Shown in pieces: positions 19,309 through 28,595 of a stretch of 41,239 bases of DNA. The stretch spans positions 1 to 41,239 of the forward strand of contig CAIMLY010000120.1 of assembly GCA_903842425.1 (NCBI GenBank), given 5' to 3'. The stretch's first letter is position 1. Every line of letters begins with the position of its first letter. The translations under genes were made by a program, and so were the position numbers. The stretch is from an uncultured Alphaproteobacteria bacterium. Its GTDB lineage: Bacteria; Pseudomonadota; Alphaproteobacteria; Caulobacterales; Caulobacteraceae. The notes under the pieces are model-generated. The model did not search any database. It saw only the letters and a program-made list of their open reading frames with translations, and was not told the origin of the DNA.

Positions 19309-20478
19309 TCAGTAGCTCTTGGGCAGGTCCAGCACCTGTTCTGCGATGAAGTTGCAGATCATTTCACGGCTCACAGGGGCGATCCGGGCGATCATCGCCT
19401 CCCGGAAGTACCGCTCGACATGGTACTCCCTGGCGTAGCCCATGCCCCCGTGGGTCAGGACCGCCGCCTCGCAGGCGGCGAAGCCCGCCTCCCCGCCGAG
19501 GTACTTGGCCGCGTTGGCCTCTGCGCCGCAGGGCTTGCCCGCGTCGAACAGGGCCGCCGCCTTGAAGGCCATCAGGCTCGCCGCCTCCAGCCCCATCCAG
19601 GCCCGCGCCAGGGGATGGGCGATCCCCTGGTTCTGGCCGATGGGCCGGCCGAAGACCCGCCGCTCCCGGGCGTAGTCCGCCGCCCGCTTCAGGGCGGCGC
19701 GGCCCAGGCCCACGGCCTCGGCCCCGATCAGCACCCGCTCGGGATTGAGGCCCGAGAGCAGGTAGGCGAACCCCTTGCCCTCCTCTCCAACAAGGTCCTC
19801 CGCCGGGACCTCGAGGTTGTCGATGAAGACGCTGTTCGATTCGATGGCCTTCCGGCCCATCTTCGGGATCACCGTGGCCGTGATCCGGCTGCGGTCGAAG
19901 TCCGTGTAGAACAGGCTGAGCCCCTCGGTCGGTCGCCTGGCCTCCTCCCGCGGGGTCGTCCGGGCGATGATCAGGATCTTGTTCGCCCTCTGCGCCATGG
20001 TCGTCCAGACCTTGCGCCCGTTGATCACCCAGCCGTTCCCCCGCCGTTCGGCCCGGGTCGTCAGGCTGGCGGTGTCGAGGCCCGAGTCCGGCTCTGTGAC
20101 CGCAAAGCACATCCGGTCGCGGCCATCGATCAGCCTCGGGATCGCGCTGGCCTTCTGGACCTCCGAACCGAACTTCACGATGGGCATGGGCCCGAAGATG
20201 TTCAGGTGCACCGCGCTGGCGCCGGAAAAGCCCGCCCCGCACTCCGCCACGGTCTGCATGACCAGGGCCGCCTCGGTCAGGCCCAGGCCGGCGCCCCCCA
20301 GGGCCTCCGGCATGGCCGCGCCCAGCCAGCCCCCCGCCGCCATGGCCGAGACGAAGGCCTCCGGGAAGTCACCGGTTTCGTCGACCTGGCGCCAGTAGTC
20401 GGCGTCGAAGCCGCTGCACAGCCGCCGCACGCCCTCGCGCAGCTCCAGCTGGGCCTCTGTGAAGTCGAACCCGCTCAC
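19309..20478 (-). CDS. Acyl-CoA dehydrogenase
   Basis: FAVTEPDSGLD, INGRKVWT, RRVFGRPIGQNQG, THGGMGYA; GTG start 20478 after GGAGG. Confidence 0.94.
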   Translation of the reverse strand: MSGFDFTEAQLELREGVRRLCSGFDADYWRQVDETGDFPEAFVSAMAAGGWLGAAMPEALGGAGLGLTEAALVMQTVAECGAGFSGASAVHLNIFGPMPIVKFGSEVQKASAIPRLIDGRDRMCFAVTEPDSGLDTASLTTRAERRGNGWVINGRKVWTTMAQRANKILIIARTTPREEARRPTEGLSLFYTDFDRSRITATVIPKMGRKAIESNSVFIDNLEVPAEDLVGEEGKGFAYLLSGLNPERVLIGAEAVGLGRAALKRAADYARERRVFGRPIGQNQGIAHPLARAWMGLEAASLMAFKAAALFDAGKPCGAEANAAKYLGGEAGFAACEAAVLTHGGMGYAREYHVERYFREAMIARIAPVSREMICNFIAEQVLDLPKSY

Positions 20479-20479
20479 G

Positions 20480-21541
20480 TCACCTCCCACCGTTTCCATC
20501 CCGCACAAACCGCAGGGGATCGAGTCGCGCCGCCCAACGGCCGGCATCCTCGCCGGTGATGGCCGAGGTGACAATCTTCGCCACCAGGGGCGCCAGCAGC
20601 CAGCCGTTTCGCCGGGCGCCGACGGCCAGGAAAAGGCCAGGGCGCGAGGCGGCGCCGGCCAGCGGCAGCCCGTCCGGGCTCGCCGCCCGCACGCCGACCC
20701 GCGTCACCCAACCCTCCGTCGCCAGAGTGGGAAAGGCATCCGCCAGCGCCCTGCGCAGTTCCACCTGGGCCTCCGGGTCCGCCGCCAGGTCAGATCGCCC
20801 CGCCTCCATGGTCGCTCCAGCCAGCAGCCCGCCGCCCGACCCCAGGAGGTAGGCGCCCGGCGAACGGATCACGCCGACGGCCGGCGAGAAGTCGGGACGC
20901 CAGAGAATCTGGCCCTTGATCGGCGACAGGCCGCCGAGTTCCGGCGCCAGGTCCGCCAGTCGCCGGTCCGCGCCGGTGGCCAGAACGACGGGACAGGCGG
21001 CCTCCTCCAGGTCCCGGAGGGTGACGTTCCCGGTCTCCAGGGTCCCGCCCAGGTCCTTCAGCCGGCGGACCATCGCCTGCAGGGCCAGCCGCGGTTCGAT
21101 CCGCCAGTCCTCCGGCGTGACGAGGGCGCTCGGGAACCGGGTCCCGAGCCCCGACGACAGGGCTTCCATTTCCGCCCGCCCTGCGGGTCGGCTCTCCAGA
21201 CCGAGGGCGACGAGGCGCGCCTCCAGCCCGTCCAGCCAGGTCTCGGGACCGATCGCCGCCGCTCCGGCCAGGTCCAGCGCCACGCCCAGTCGTCCGGCCA
21301 GGTCTGGCCACAGGTCGCGGCCCGCGAGAAGCAGCCCAAGGGCATCAGGCGCCGGGGGGTCGAGGGCCATCTCGAAGGCCGGCGCCAGCATCCCCGCCGC
21401 CACGCCAGAGGCGGTGAGATCCGGGGCCGTTTCGGCCACCAGCCGGACCTTCATCCCCGCCTCGGCAAGGGCAAGCCCGGTGGCAAGGCCGAACACCCCG
21501 GCCCCGACCACGATCACGGAAGCTGCGCTCGACCCGCCCAT
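20480..21541 (-). CDS. FAD-dependent oxidoreductase, glycine oxidase/D-amino acid oxidase (ThiO-like) family
   Basis: VVGAGVFG, ASGVAAGMLAP, PIKGQI, GVRAASPDGLP, RNGWLLAP. Confidence 0.85.
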   Translation of the reverse strand: MGGSSAASVIVVGAGVFGLATGLALAEAGMKVRLVAETAPDLTASGVAAGMLAPAFEMALDPPAPDALGLLLAGRDLWPDLAGRLGVALDLAGAAAIGPETWLDGLEARLVALGLESRPAGRAEMEALSSGLGTRFPSALVTPEDWRIEPRLALQAMVRRLKDLGGTLETGNVTLRDLEEAACPVVLATGADRRLADLAPELGGLSPIKGQILWRPDFSPAVGVIRSPGAYLLGSGGGLLAGATMEAGRSDLAADPEAQVELRRALADAFPTLATEGWVTRVGVRAASPDGLPLAGAASRPGLFLAVGARRNGWLLAPLVAKIVTSAITGEDAGRWAARLDPLRFVRDGNGGR

Positions 21542-21591
21542 GCCCTCAGGCGCCGGATTCCGGCGGGGAAATCAAGGGCGACCGAGCCCCC

Positions 21592-22596
21592 TCACCGGCT
21601 GAAGCGGATCGTCCGGTACTGGCTGGCCTGCTGCTGGAAGAGGACCTGGCGGGTCGCGGCGTCCTGGACCTCGACGCCCAGGACGAGGGTGTCGTCGGAG
21701 TTCTGGGCGCGGATCGAGAAGCTGCGCCTGAGCTTGATCATCAGGCCCCTGTTGGTCTCCGGCCCCGCCTCGCCCAGGTTCCCGATGCGGTAGAGGCCGT
21801 AGGCCGAGCCGTTGCGGATCTCCAGGTCGGTGTCGGTGAAGCAGGCCGGCGCCGCGATGTTGGCCCCGTTCATCCCGCAGCTGATGAAGGCGACATAGGG
21901 GAACTCGGCCAGCTCGGCGCGGCGGGCGGCCTCGGACCGGGCGCGCTCCGCCGCAACCCTCTGCTGGCGAACCGCCAGGGCGGTTCGTCCCGAGGCGGCG
22001 CCCGTCTTCTCATCCTGCAGGAAGTCGAGCAGCCAGGCGGTGGAGCGGACGGGGGCGTAGCCGGCGGCGTCCATCCGCTTCAGGGCGTCCCGGTAGGCGC
22101 CGGCGTCGGCAACCCCCAGGCCCGCCAGAGCTTTCACCTCGCCCGGATCCAGGGAGGGGGAAACGCTGCGGGAGAAGACGAAGGCGGCCCGGGAGGGATA
22201 GCCCGCGCGCGCCCAGAGCCCGTCGATCACCTGGTCCGGCGAGCGCACGGCGAACACATCGTGCGCCAGCCCTTCCCGCGCCAGGGCGGAGGCGAGGACC
22301 GCGGCGGTCGCACCATCGGTCACCACCGCCTGGCAGCGGCCGGTCTGGATGGCGGCGAACAGGGCGTCGGCGCTGTCGAAGACCTCGTCGAGATCCTTGC
22401 CCGGCGCGAGGCTGGCGAAGGCCGAGAAGTCCTGTGCGGACCGGTAGGCGGACTGGAGTTCATCCTTGCGGGGGTCGGCGAGACGCAGGGCGCAGGAGCG
22501 GGCCGCCTGGCCCTCGTCCGCAAGGGCGGCGGACCCGAGCGTGAGTCCGGACAGGAGTGTAAGGACGGCCAGCCTGACGCGGGAAGACAAACCCAT
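21592..22596 (-). CDS. Hypothetical secreted protein
   Basis: Signal peptide ending ALA, GC-rich coding pattern, starts 2 nt after the upstream stop; no family recognised. Confidence 0.75.
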   Translation of the reverse strand: MGLSSRVRLAVLTLLSGLTLGSAALADEGQAARSCALRLADPRKDELQSAYRSAQDFSAFASLAPGKDLDEVFDSADALFAAIQTGRCQAVVTDGATAAVLASALAREGLAHDVFAVRSPDQVIDGLWARAGYPSRAAFVFSRSVSPSLDPGEVKALAGLGVADAGAYRDALKRMDAAGYAPVRSTAWLLDFLQDEKTGAASGRTALAVRQQRVAAERARSEAARRAELAEFPYVAFISCGMNGANIAAPACFTDTDLEIRNGSAYGLYRIGNLGEAGPETNRGLMIKLRRSFSIRAQNSDDTLVLGVEVQDAATRQVLFQQQASQYRTIRFSR

Positions 22597-22598
22597 GG

Positions 22599-23552
22599 CT
22601 ATCGCCTCGCCTTTTCCGCCTGAGCGGGCCGTGCAATCCGGAACCCCACCAGGGTGTCCGGGTCCCCCAGGCGCGTCCGGGCCTCCCGGGACCGCGCCTG
22701 CTCGGCGCGTGACGCCTCCCCGGCCTCCGCCAGGGCCTCGCGAAGCGGCGTGACCATGACCTCCGGGCTGAACTCGACAAGCTTGGCCAGGCGACCCGCG
22801 GCGAGCGCCTCCGCCAGGTTCGGCGCCTCGCGTCCCAGGGCCACGACAAGGACGTCCTCGTTGCCGTCCCAGGCGACCCTGGACAGGGAGACCTGGCGCT
22901 CGACCCGCCGGACCTGGACGCCAGCCTTCTCCCAGGACCCGGTGAACGCCGCCGGAAAGATCTCCTTCCAGGCGCCAGGGACGTAACCGTCGGTCATGGC
23001 GGAGAGGTCAGCCTCGGCCTCGTAGGTGATCCAGAGCCGTCGTTGCCCGGGCGCAAGGGACCATGAGCCGTCAAGGCGCTTGACCGCCGCATGACCGGGC
23101 CGGCCGTAGACGCTGATCATCAGGGGGGCGTAGTCGCCGCGCACCGTGACGGTGACAGGCTTGACCCCCGCCGCGCAGCCGGAACCGTCGTCGATCACGC
23201 TCAGTTGGTGCTGGCCGGGCGCCAGGAAGCGCACGCCGGGGATGACAGTATCCCCCCAGTCATAGCCCGCACGGACGGTCTGTCCCCCGGGGAGCCTGGC
23301 GTCGCTGTAGGTGTTGCCGACGCCCGAGACCTCGATGACGCCGGCCCTGAGTCCCGTCTCGGAGGACCGGCCCAGATCCAGCTGGAAGCGGCAGTCGCCA
23401 CGGCCAACCCCGCCCGCCAGCTTGAGCGTGACGACTTCGCCCACCGCGACCGCCGACTTGAGGGGGAGGATCTTCGAGACATCCGCCCGCGCCTGGGGGG
23501 CGAGGCCCGACAGGGCGGCGCAGACGACGGCGCATGCAAGGGTCGGCCGCAT
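22599..23552 (-). CDS. Hypothetical secreted protein, possible Ig/PKD-like N-terminal domain
   Basis: MRPTLACAVVCAALSGLAPQARA signal peptide; ATG overlaps the DUF4180 stop (TGATG); GGAAGGGA RBS. Confidence 0.75.
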   Translation of the reverse strand: MRPTLACAVVCAALSGLAPQARADVSKILPLKSAVAVGEVVTLKLAGGVGRGDCRFQLDLGRSSETGLRAGVIEVSGVGNTYSDARLPGGQTVRAGYDWGDTVIPGVRFLAPGQHQLSVIDDGSGCAAGVKPVTVTVRGDYAPLMISVYGRPGHAAVKRLDGSWSLAPGQRRLWITYEAEADLSAMTDGYVPGAWKEIFPAAFTGSWEKAGVQVRRVERQVSLSRVAWDGNEDVLVVALGREAPNLAEALAAGRLAKLVEFSPEVMVTPLREALAEAGEASRAEQARSREARTRLGDPDTLVGFRIARPAQAEKARR

Positions 23553-23917
23553 CAGGTCCCTTCCTGCGCCGCCAGCCAGTCGGCCAGCTCGGCCTCGCCG
23601 GCCAGGAACCCGACATGCCCGCCGCGGTTGCACTCCCGCACCCAGTCGCGCAGGGCGGACGACCGCGACAGGGCTGGCCCGATATCACCGACGACCGCCA
23701 GGCCAATCCCGTAATTGACGCACTTCTGGGCGATCTCGCCGGCGACCCCGCTGGAGAGGTCGAGGAAGCCCTGCGGCAGGCCGCTGGCGGACAGGGCGAT
23801 CCAGCGCGCACCGGCCTCAAGGGCGACGGCGACGAGATCGGTCGCCGATCCCCCGCCGGGCGCCCCTGCAAGGAAGAGCACGGGAACGCCGCTGATGGTC
23901 TCAAGCCTCTGGGTCAC
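23552..23917 (-). CDS. DUF4180 domain protein
   Basis: FLDLSSGVAGEIAQKCVNY, AVVGD, ALRDWVRECNRG match the DUF4180 pattern; GTG start. Confidence 0.82.
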   Translation of the reverse strand: MTQRLETISGVPVLFLAGAPGGGSATDLVAVALEAGARWIALSASGLPQGFLDLSSGVAGEIAQKCVNYGIGLAVVGDIGPALSRSSALRDWVRECNRGGHVGFLAGEAELADWLAAQEGT

Positions 23918-24019
23918 GCCCCCACACTATTTTTCGCGTCCTTTAGGGAAAGTTAGCCGCAGGCGTGAATTTTGGCCGGGAACCGGCGCATCCGGCGCCT
24001 GAAACGGGAAGGAATCCCC

Positions 24020-24373
24020 ATGAAGTCCGCTCTGTCGCTGATCCTCGCCGCCGCCCTCGCCGCCTCCGCCGCCGCGCCCGCCCGGGCCGAGGGCGAGTTC
24101 CTGACTGGAAAGATCCTGAAGGTTGGACTTGAAGGCTGGTTCAGCACGGACTCGGATGAAACCGTCCGGGATTCGATCGCCTTCGGCTATGTCATCGGCG
24201 TCCATGACGCCCTGTCCGGCACCCTGGTCTGCTCCGGCGATGACGTGACCCAGGGCCTGGTGGTGCAGGCCGTGCTCCAGTACATGCGCTCGAACCCCGA
24301 CAGCCTGGGCAGCAGCGCCGACACCGTGGTGGTCACCGCCCTCAAGGGGGTCTGGCCCTGCCGGAAGTCCTGA
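24020..24373 (+). CDS. Rap1a/Tai-family immunity-like periplasmic protein
   Basis: Signal peptide ending ARA; GYVIGVHD, C..DVT, YMRSNP, ALKGVWPC; GAAGGA RBS. Confidence 0.75.
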   Translation: MKSALSLILAAALAASAAAPARAEGEFLTGKILKVGLEGWFSTDSDETVRDSIAFGYVIGVHDALSGTLVCSGDDVTQGLVVQAVLQYMRSNPDSLGSSADTVVVTALKGVWPCRKS

Positions 24374-24435
24374 GCCCCCTCTGGTAAGTCCGCTGCAGGT
24401 GTTGGCGGCCGGGCGGCTTCGGCGTAGGAGGCGCC

Positions 24436-24915
24436 ATGCCCGTTCATGACCTCGACGACCTGCCGTCCGCCCTCCCCCGGAAGGGCGCCCTGACGGGTGT
24501 GGATGCCGGTGAGAAGACCCTGGGGGTCGCCTTCAGCGACGCCCGGTGGACCGTGGCGACCCCCCATTCGGTGCTCCGCCGGACCAAGTTCACCGACGAC
24601 GCGACCGCCCTCTTCAGGTTGATGGACGAGCGCGGCTCCACCGCCCTGGTGATCGGCCTGCCCCTCAACATGGATGGGACCGAGGGGCCCCGCTGCCAGT
24701 CCTGCCGCGCCCTCGGCCGCAACCTCCTGCGCCTGCGCCCGGACCTGGTCGTCACCTTCCAGGACGAGCGCCTCTCCACCGCCGCGGTGGAACGCACCCT
24801 GATCGGCGAGGCGGACCTGTCCCGGGGCAAGCGCAGCCAGGTCGTCGACCGGGCGGCGGCGGCCTGGATCCTCGACGCGGCCCTCGACCGGCTGCGGGCG
24901 CTGGGCGGCGCCTGA
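24436..24915 (+). CDS. ruvX: YqgF/RuvX family nuclease
   Basis: GVDAGEKTLGVA, GLPLNMDG, QDERLST, VDRAAAAWIL. Confidence 0.93.
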   Translation: MPVHDLDDLPSALPRKGALTGVDAGEKTLGVAFSDARWTVATPHSVLRRTKFTDDATALFRLMDERGSTALVIGLPLNMDGTEGPRCQSCRALGRNLLRLRPDLVVTFQDERLSTAAVERTLIGEADLSRGKRSQVVDRAAAAWILDAALDRLRALGGA

Positions 24916-24962
24916 GCCTTTTCCTTGGCTTGGACCGGAAACCCCCCTAAGACGGCGCTTTG

Positions 24963-25940
24963 ATGAGCCGCGACGCGCAAGGTCTGACTGAGGTCCTGGA
25001 ACGGACCTTCCCCTTCCCACGCCGGCATTTTCTGTCCGTCCTGGACCTGAACCCCGTCGAGGTCGCCCGGCTGCTCGACCTCGCCGAGGGCTTTGTCGCC
25101 CTGAACCGGCAGGTGTCGAAGAACCTGGACCTCCTCAAGGGCCGGACCCTGATCAACCTGTTCTTCGAGAACTCGACCCGGACCCAGAGCTCCTTCGAGC
25201 TGGCGGCCAAGCGGCTCGGCGCCGACACGATCAACATGAGCCCCGGCGGCTCCTCCATCGCCAAGGGCGAGACCCTGATCGACACGGCGGTCACCCTGAA
25301 CGCCATGCGGCCGGACATCCTGGTGATCCGGCACGCCGCCTCCGGCGCGGCCTCCCTGCTGGCGCAGAAGGTCTCGTGCTCGGTGATCAACGCCGGCGAC
25401 GGCCAGCACGAGCACCCGACCCAGGCCCTGCTGGACGCCCTGTCCATGCGCCGGGCCTTCGGCCACATCGCCGGCCTGAGGGTCGCGATCTGCGGCGACA
25501 TCCTGCACTCGCGGGTCGCGCGGTCGAACGTGGGCCTCCTGCAGATGATGGGCGCCGAGGTGCGGCTGGTGGGCCCGCCGACCCTCATCCCGGCCAAGGC
25601 GGACCGCTGGGGCGTCCAGGTGTTCAACGACCTGCGCGAGGGCATCTCCGGCTGCGACGTCGTGATGATGCTGCGCCTGCAGCTGGAGCGGATGGACGGC
25701 GCCTTCGCCCCTTCCCCCCGGGAATACTTCCGTTTCTGGGGCCTGGATCGCGAAAAGCTGGGCGCCGCCGCGGACCACGTGAAGGTCATGCATCCCGGCC
25801 CCATGAACCGGGGCGTGGAGATCGACTCCGACGTCGCCGACGACCTGACCGTCTCGCTCATCCAGGACCAGGTCGAGATGGGCGTCGCCGCCCGGATGGC
25901 CATCCTGGCTGCCCTCTCCGCCCGCCTGGAGAACGGCTGA
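24963..25940 (+). CDS. pyrB: Aspartate carbamoyltransferase catalytic subunit
   Basis: [41 protein letters not shown]. Confidence 0.97.
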   Translation: MSRDAQGLTEVLERTFPFPRRHFLSVLDLNPVEVARLLDLAEGFVALNRQVSKNLDLLKGRTLINLFFENSTRTQSSFELAAKRLGADTINMSPGGSSIAKGETLIDTAVTLNAMRPDILVIRHAASGAASLLAQKVSCSVINAGDGQHEHPTQALLDALSMRRAFGHIAGLRVAICGDILHSRVARSNVGLLQMMGAEVRLVGPPTLIPAKADRWGVQVFNDLREGISGCDVVMMLRLQLERMDGAFAPSPREYFRFWGLDREKLGAAADHVKVMHPGPMNRGVEIDSDVADDLTVSLIQDQVEMGVAARMAILAALSARLENG

Positions 25941-26521
25941 TGCGCAGCGTCTGCGTGTTCTGCGGCTCCAGCCCGGGCTTCCGGCCGGTCTACGCCGAGG
26001 CCGCCGCCCGCACGGGCCGGATCCTGGCCGAGGCGGGCCTGTCGATGGTCTACGGCGGCTCGAAGGTGGGCCTGATGGGTGCGGCGGCCGATGGCGCGCT
26101 GGCCGCAGGCGGCGAGGTCTTCGGGGTCCTGCCCCGCGCCCTGGCCCGCAAGGAGCTGGAGCACTCGGGCCTGACCCGGCTGGAGGTCGTCGAGACCATG
26201 CACCAGCGCAAGGCGCGCATGGCCGAGTTGGCCGACGCCTTCATCGCCCTGCCGGGCGGCGCCGGGACCCTGGAGGAGGTCTTCGAGATCTGGACCTGGG
26301 GCCAGCTCGCCTTTCACGCCAAGCCGGCGGCCTTCCTGAACGTCGAGGGCTACTACGATCCGCTCCGGGCCTTCCTCGACCATGCGGTGGGCGAGGGTTT
26401 CCTGCGCGAGGCGCACAGGGACATGCTGATCTTCGGCGACGACCCGGCGGAGCTCCTCACGGCCCTGGCGGCCTACCGGGCGCCGGCCCAGGAGAAGTGG
26501 CTCGAGAGGTTCCAGCTGTGA
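25940..26521 (+). CDS. LOG family (TIGR00730) nucleotide phosphoribohydrolase
   Basis: [25 protein letters not shown]; ATG overlaps the pyrB TGA. Confidence 0.93.
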   Translation: MRSVCVFCGSSPGFRPVYAEAAARTGRILAEAGLSMVYGGSKVGLMGAAADGALAAGGEVFGVLPRALARKELEHSGLTRLEVVETMHQRKARMAELADAFIALPGGAGTLEEVFEIWTWGQLAFHAKPAAFLNVEGYYDPLRAFLDHAVGEGFLREAHRDMLIFGDDPAELLTALAAYRAPAQEKWLERFQL

Positions 26522-27819
26522 GCGCCGCGCCCGACCGCCCCCTGGCCCTCCTCAACGCCCGCATCGTCGATCCGGCCACCGGGCTCGACGCCCGGGGCGC
26601 CCTGTTCGTGCGGGACGGCCGGATCGAGTCGATCGTCACCGACGGCGATCCCGGCGCCGTGGGCGCGGACTTCGAGACCCTCGACGCGGCCGGCGCCCTC
26701 CTGATCCCGGGCCTGGTCGACCTCCGCGCCAAGACCGGCGAACCAGGCTTCGAGACCCGCGAGACCCTGCGTTCGGCCTCCGAGGCGGCGGCGGCGGGCG
26801 GGGTGACCACCTTCGTCGTCCAGCCCGACACAGACCCGGTGATCGACGAGGCCTCGGTGGTGGACTTCATCCGCCGCAGGGCGCGGGACTCCAGCCTGGT
26901 CAACATCCTGCCTGCGGGGGCGGCGACCCAGGGCTGCCTGGGCGAACGCATGGCCGAGATCGGCCTGATGGCCGAAGCGGGCTGCGTCTATGTCACCGAC
27001 GCTGACCGGCCGATCATGAACTCCAAGGTCATGCGGCGGGTCCTGGCCTACGCCAAGGGATTCGGCATGCTGGTCGCCCATCGGCCCGCCGATCCCTGGC
27101 TGAGCGAGGGCGCGGCCGCCACCTCCGGCGAGTTCGCCGGCCGGATGGGCCTGCCCAGCGCCCCGCCCGAGGCCGAGAAGATCATGCTGGAGCGGGACCT
27201 CGCCCTGGTGGAAATGACCGGCGCGCGACTCTTGTCCGACCAGGTCACCACCGCCTGCGCCCTCGAATCGCTGGAGCGGGGCAAGCGCCGCGGCCTGCCG
27301 GTCTTCGCCTCGACCTCGATCAACCACCTGGCCTTCAACGAAATCGACATCGGCGATTACCGCACCTTCCTGAAATTCGATCCCCCCGTACGCGGCGAGG
27401 ATGACCGGCAGGCGGTGATCGAGGCCCTGGCCAGCGGCCTGATCGACGTGGTGGTCTCGGCGCACGCCCCGGCCCCGCCGGAGGACAAGCGCCTGCCCTA
27501 CGCCGAGGCGGCCCCGGGGGCGGTGGGACTCCAAACCCTGCTGCCGGCCCTGCTGGCCTTCCACCATGAGGGCCGGATTCCCCTGATCAACCTGCTGGCC
27601 GCCGTCACGGTCCGGCCGGCGGACCTCCTTGGCCTGTCCTGCGGCCGCCTGGCCCGCGGCGCGCCGGCCGACCTGGTGCTGTGCGACCTGAACGCCCCCC
27701 TGGTCGTGGACCCCGACGCGCTGAAGTCCCGCTCGCGCAACACCCCCTTCGACGGCCGTCGGCTGCAGGGCGTCGTCCGGCGGACCCTCGTCGCCGGACG
27801 GACGGTCTACGCGGCCTGA
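26518..27819 (+). CDS. pyrC: Dihydroorotase-like protein, probably the inactive PyrC' type
   Basis: [23 protein letters not shown]; DLHVH replaced by DLRAK and TDHAP by SAHAP; GTGA overlap with LOG. Confidence 0.88.
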   Translation: MSAAPDRPLALLNARIVDPATGLDARGALFVRDGRIESIVTDGDPGAVGADFETLDAAGALLIPGLVDLRAKTGEPGFETRETLRSASEAAAAGGVTTFVVQPDTDPVIDEASVVDFIRRRARDSSLVNILPAGAATQGCLGERMAEIGLMAEAGCVYVTDADRPIMNSKVMRRVLAYAKGFGMLVAHRPADPWLSEGAAATSGEFAGRMGLPSAPPEAEKIMLERDLALVEMTGARLLSDQVTTACALESLERGKRRGLPVFASTSINHLAFNEIDIGDYRTFLKFDPPVRGEDDRQAVIEALASGLIDVVVSAHAPAPPEDKRLPYAEAAPGAVGLQTLLPALLAFHHEGRIPLINLLAAVTVRPADLLGLSCGRLARGAPADLVLCDLNAPLVVDPDALKSRSRNTPFDGRRLQGVVRRTLVAGRTVYAA

Positions 27820-27837
27820 ACCGGCCCTCAGGAACAA

Positions 27838-27852
27838 GAACGTTTGACGAAC
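27838..27852. promoter_or_regulatory. LexA (SOS) box GAAC-N7-GAAC overlapping a TTGACG -35 hexamer
   Basis: GAAC-gtttgac-GAAC, the reverse complement of the alphaproteobacterial GTTC-N7-GTTC box, in the pyrC-plsY intergenic gap. Confidence 0.65.
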
Positions 27853-27941
27853 ATCGGAGGGCGTGCTTGTCTGCGCCTTGAGGGTGACGCGGGGGTGGCG
27901 GCGACCTAGACTGCCCGGGCAATCGGAGGAGCCCGCCGCCC

Positions 27942-28595
27942 ATGCCCAATGAACCGCTCGTCATCGCCGCCGTCATGGTCGGGGGATACCTCCTGGGCTC
28001 CACGCCCTTTGGCGTCATCAGCATGAGGCTGGCCGGCGCCGGCGACCCCCGGAACATCGGATCGGGAAACATCGGGGCGACCAATGTCCTGCGGTCCGGC
28101 CGGAAGGACCTGGCCCTGCTGACCCTGCTCGGCGACGGAGGCAAGGGCGCCCTGGCCGTACTGGCGGCGGTGCTGCTCACCCGCGGCGCCCCGGACGCCA
28201 CCCGCCACATGATGGTGGCCCTGGCGGCGGGATCGGCCTTTCTCGGCCACCTCTTCCCGGTCTTCCTGAAGTTCAGGGGCGGCAAGGGGGTCTCGACCTT
28301 CTTCGGCACCCTGCTGGCGGCCGCCTTCCCCGTCGGCCTGGCCGCCGCCGCGACCTGGATCCTGATGGCGATCCTCTTCCGGATCTCGTCCCTCGCCGCC
28401 CTCACGGCCGCCGCCCTGGCGCCCCTGTTCGCCCTCTTCGTCTTCAACTCCCCCCACGCGATCGTCACCCTGACCCTCTTCATGGGCGCCCTGATCTTCG
28501 TGCGTCACCAGGACAACCTGCGGCGGATCCTCAAGGGCCAGGAGCCCCGGATCGGGGGCGGGAAGCCCGCCGAACCTCCCCCAGCGGCCCCGTGA
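27942..28595 (+). CDS. plsY: Glycerol-3-phosphate acyltransferase
   Basis: GYLLGS, GSGNIGATNVLR, DGGKG, GHLFPVFLKFRGGKGVST, RHQDNL; GGAGG RBS. Confidence 0.96.
   Translation: MPNEPLVIAAVMVGGYLLGSTPFGVISMRLAGAGDPRNIGSGNIGATNVLRSGRKDLALLTLLGDGGKGALAVLAAVLLTRGAPDATRHMMVALAAGSAFLGHLFPVFLKFRGGKGVSTFFGTLLAAAFPVGLAAAATWILMAILFRISSLAALTAAALAPLFALFVFNSPHAIVTLTLFMGALIFVRHQDNLRRILKGQEPRIGGGKPAEPPPAAP

Noticed and set aside
23942-23957. TTTA-N7-TTAGC possible CtrA box between DUF4180 and the Rap1a-like gene
   Set aside because: Mismatches in both half-sites; too weak to call.
21592-24373. Accessory patch as a mobile element
   Set aside because: No transposase, integrase, terminal repeats or obvious GC drop; kept only as a variable gene patch.
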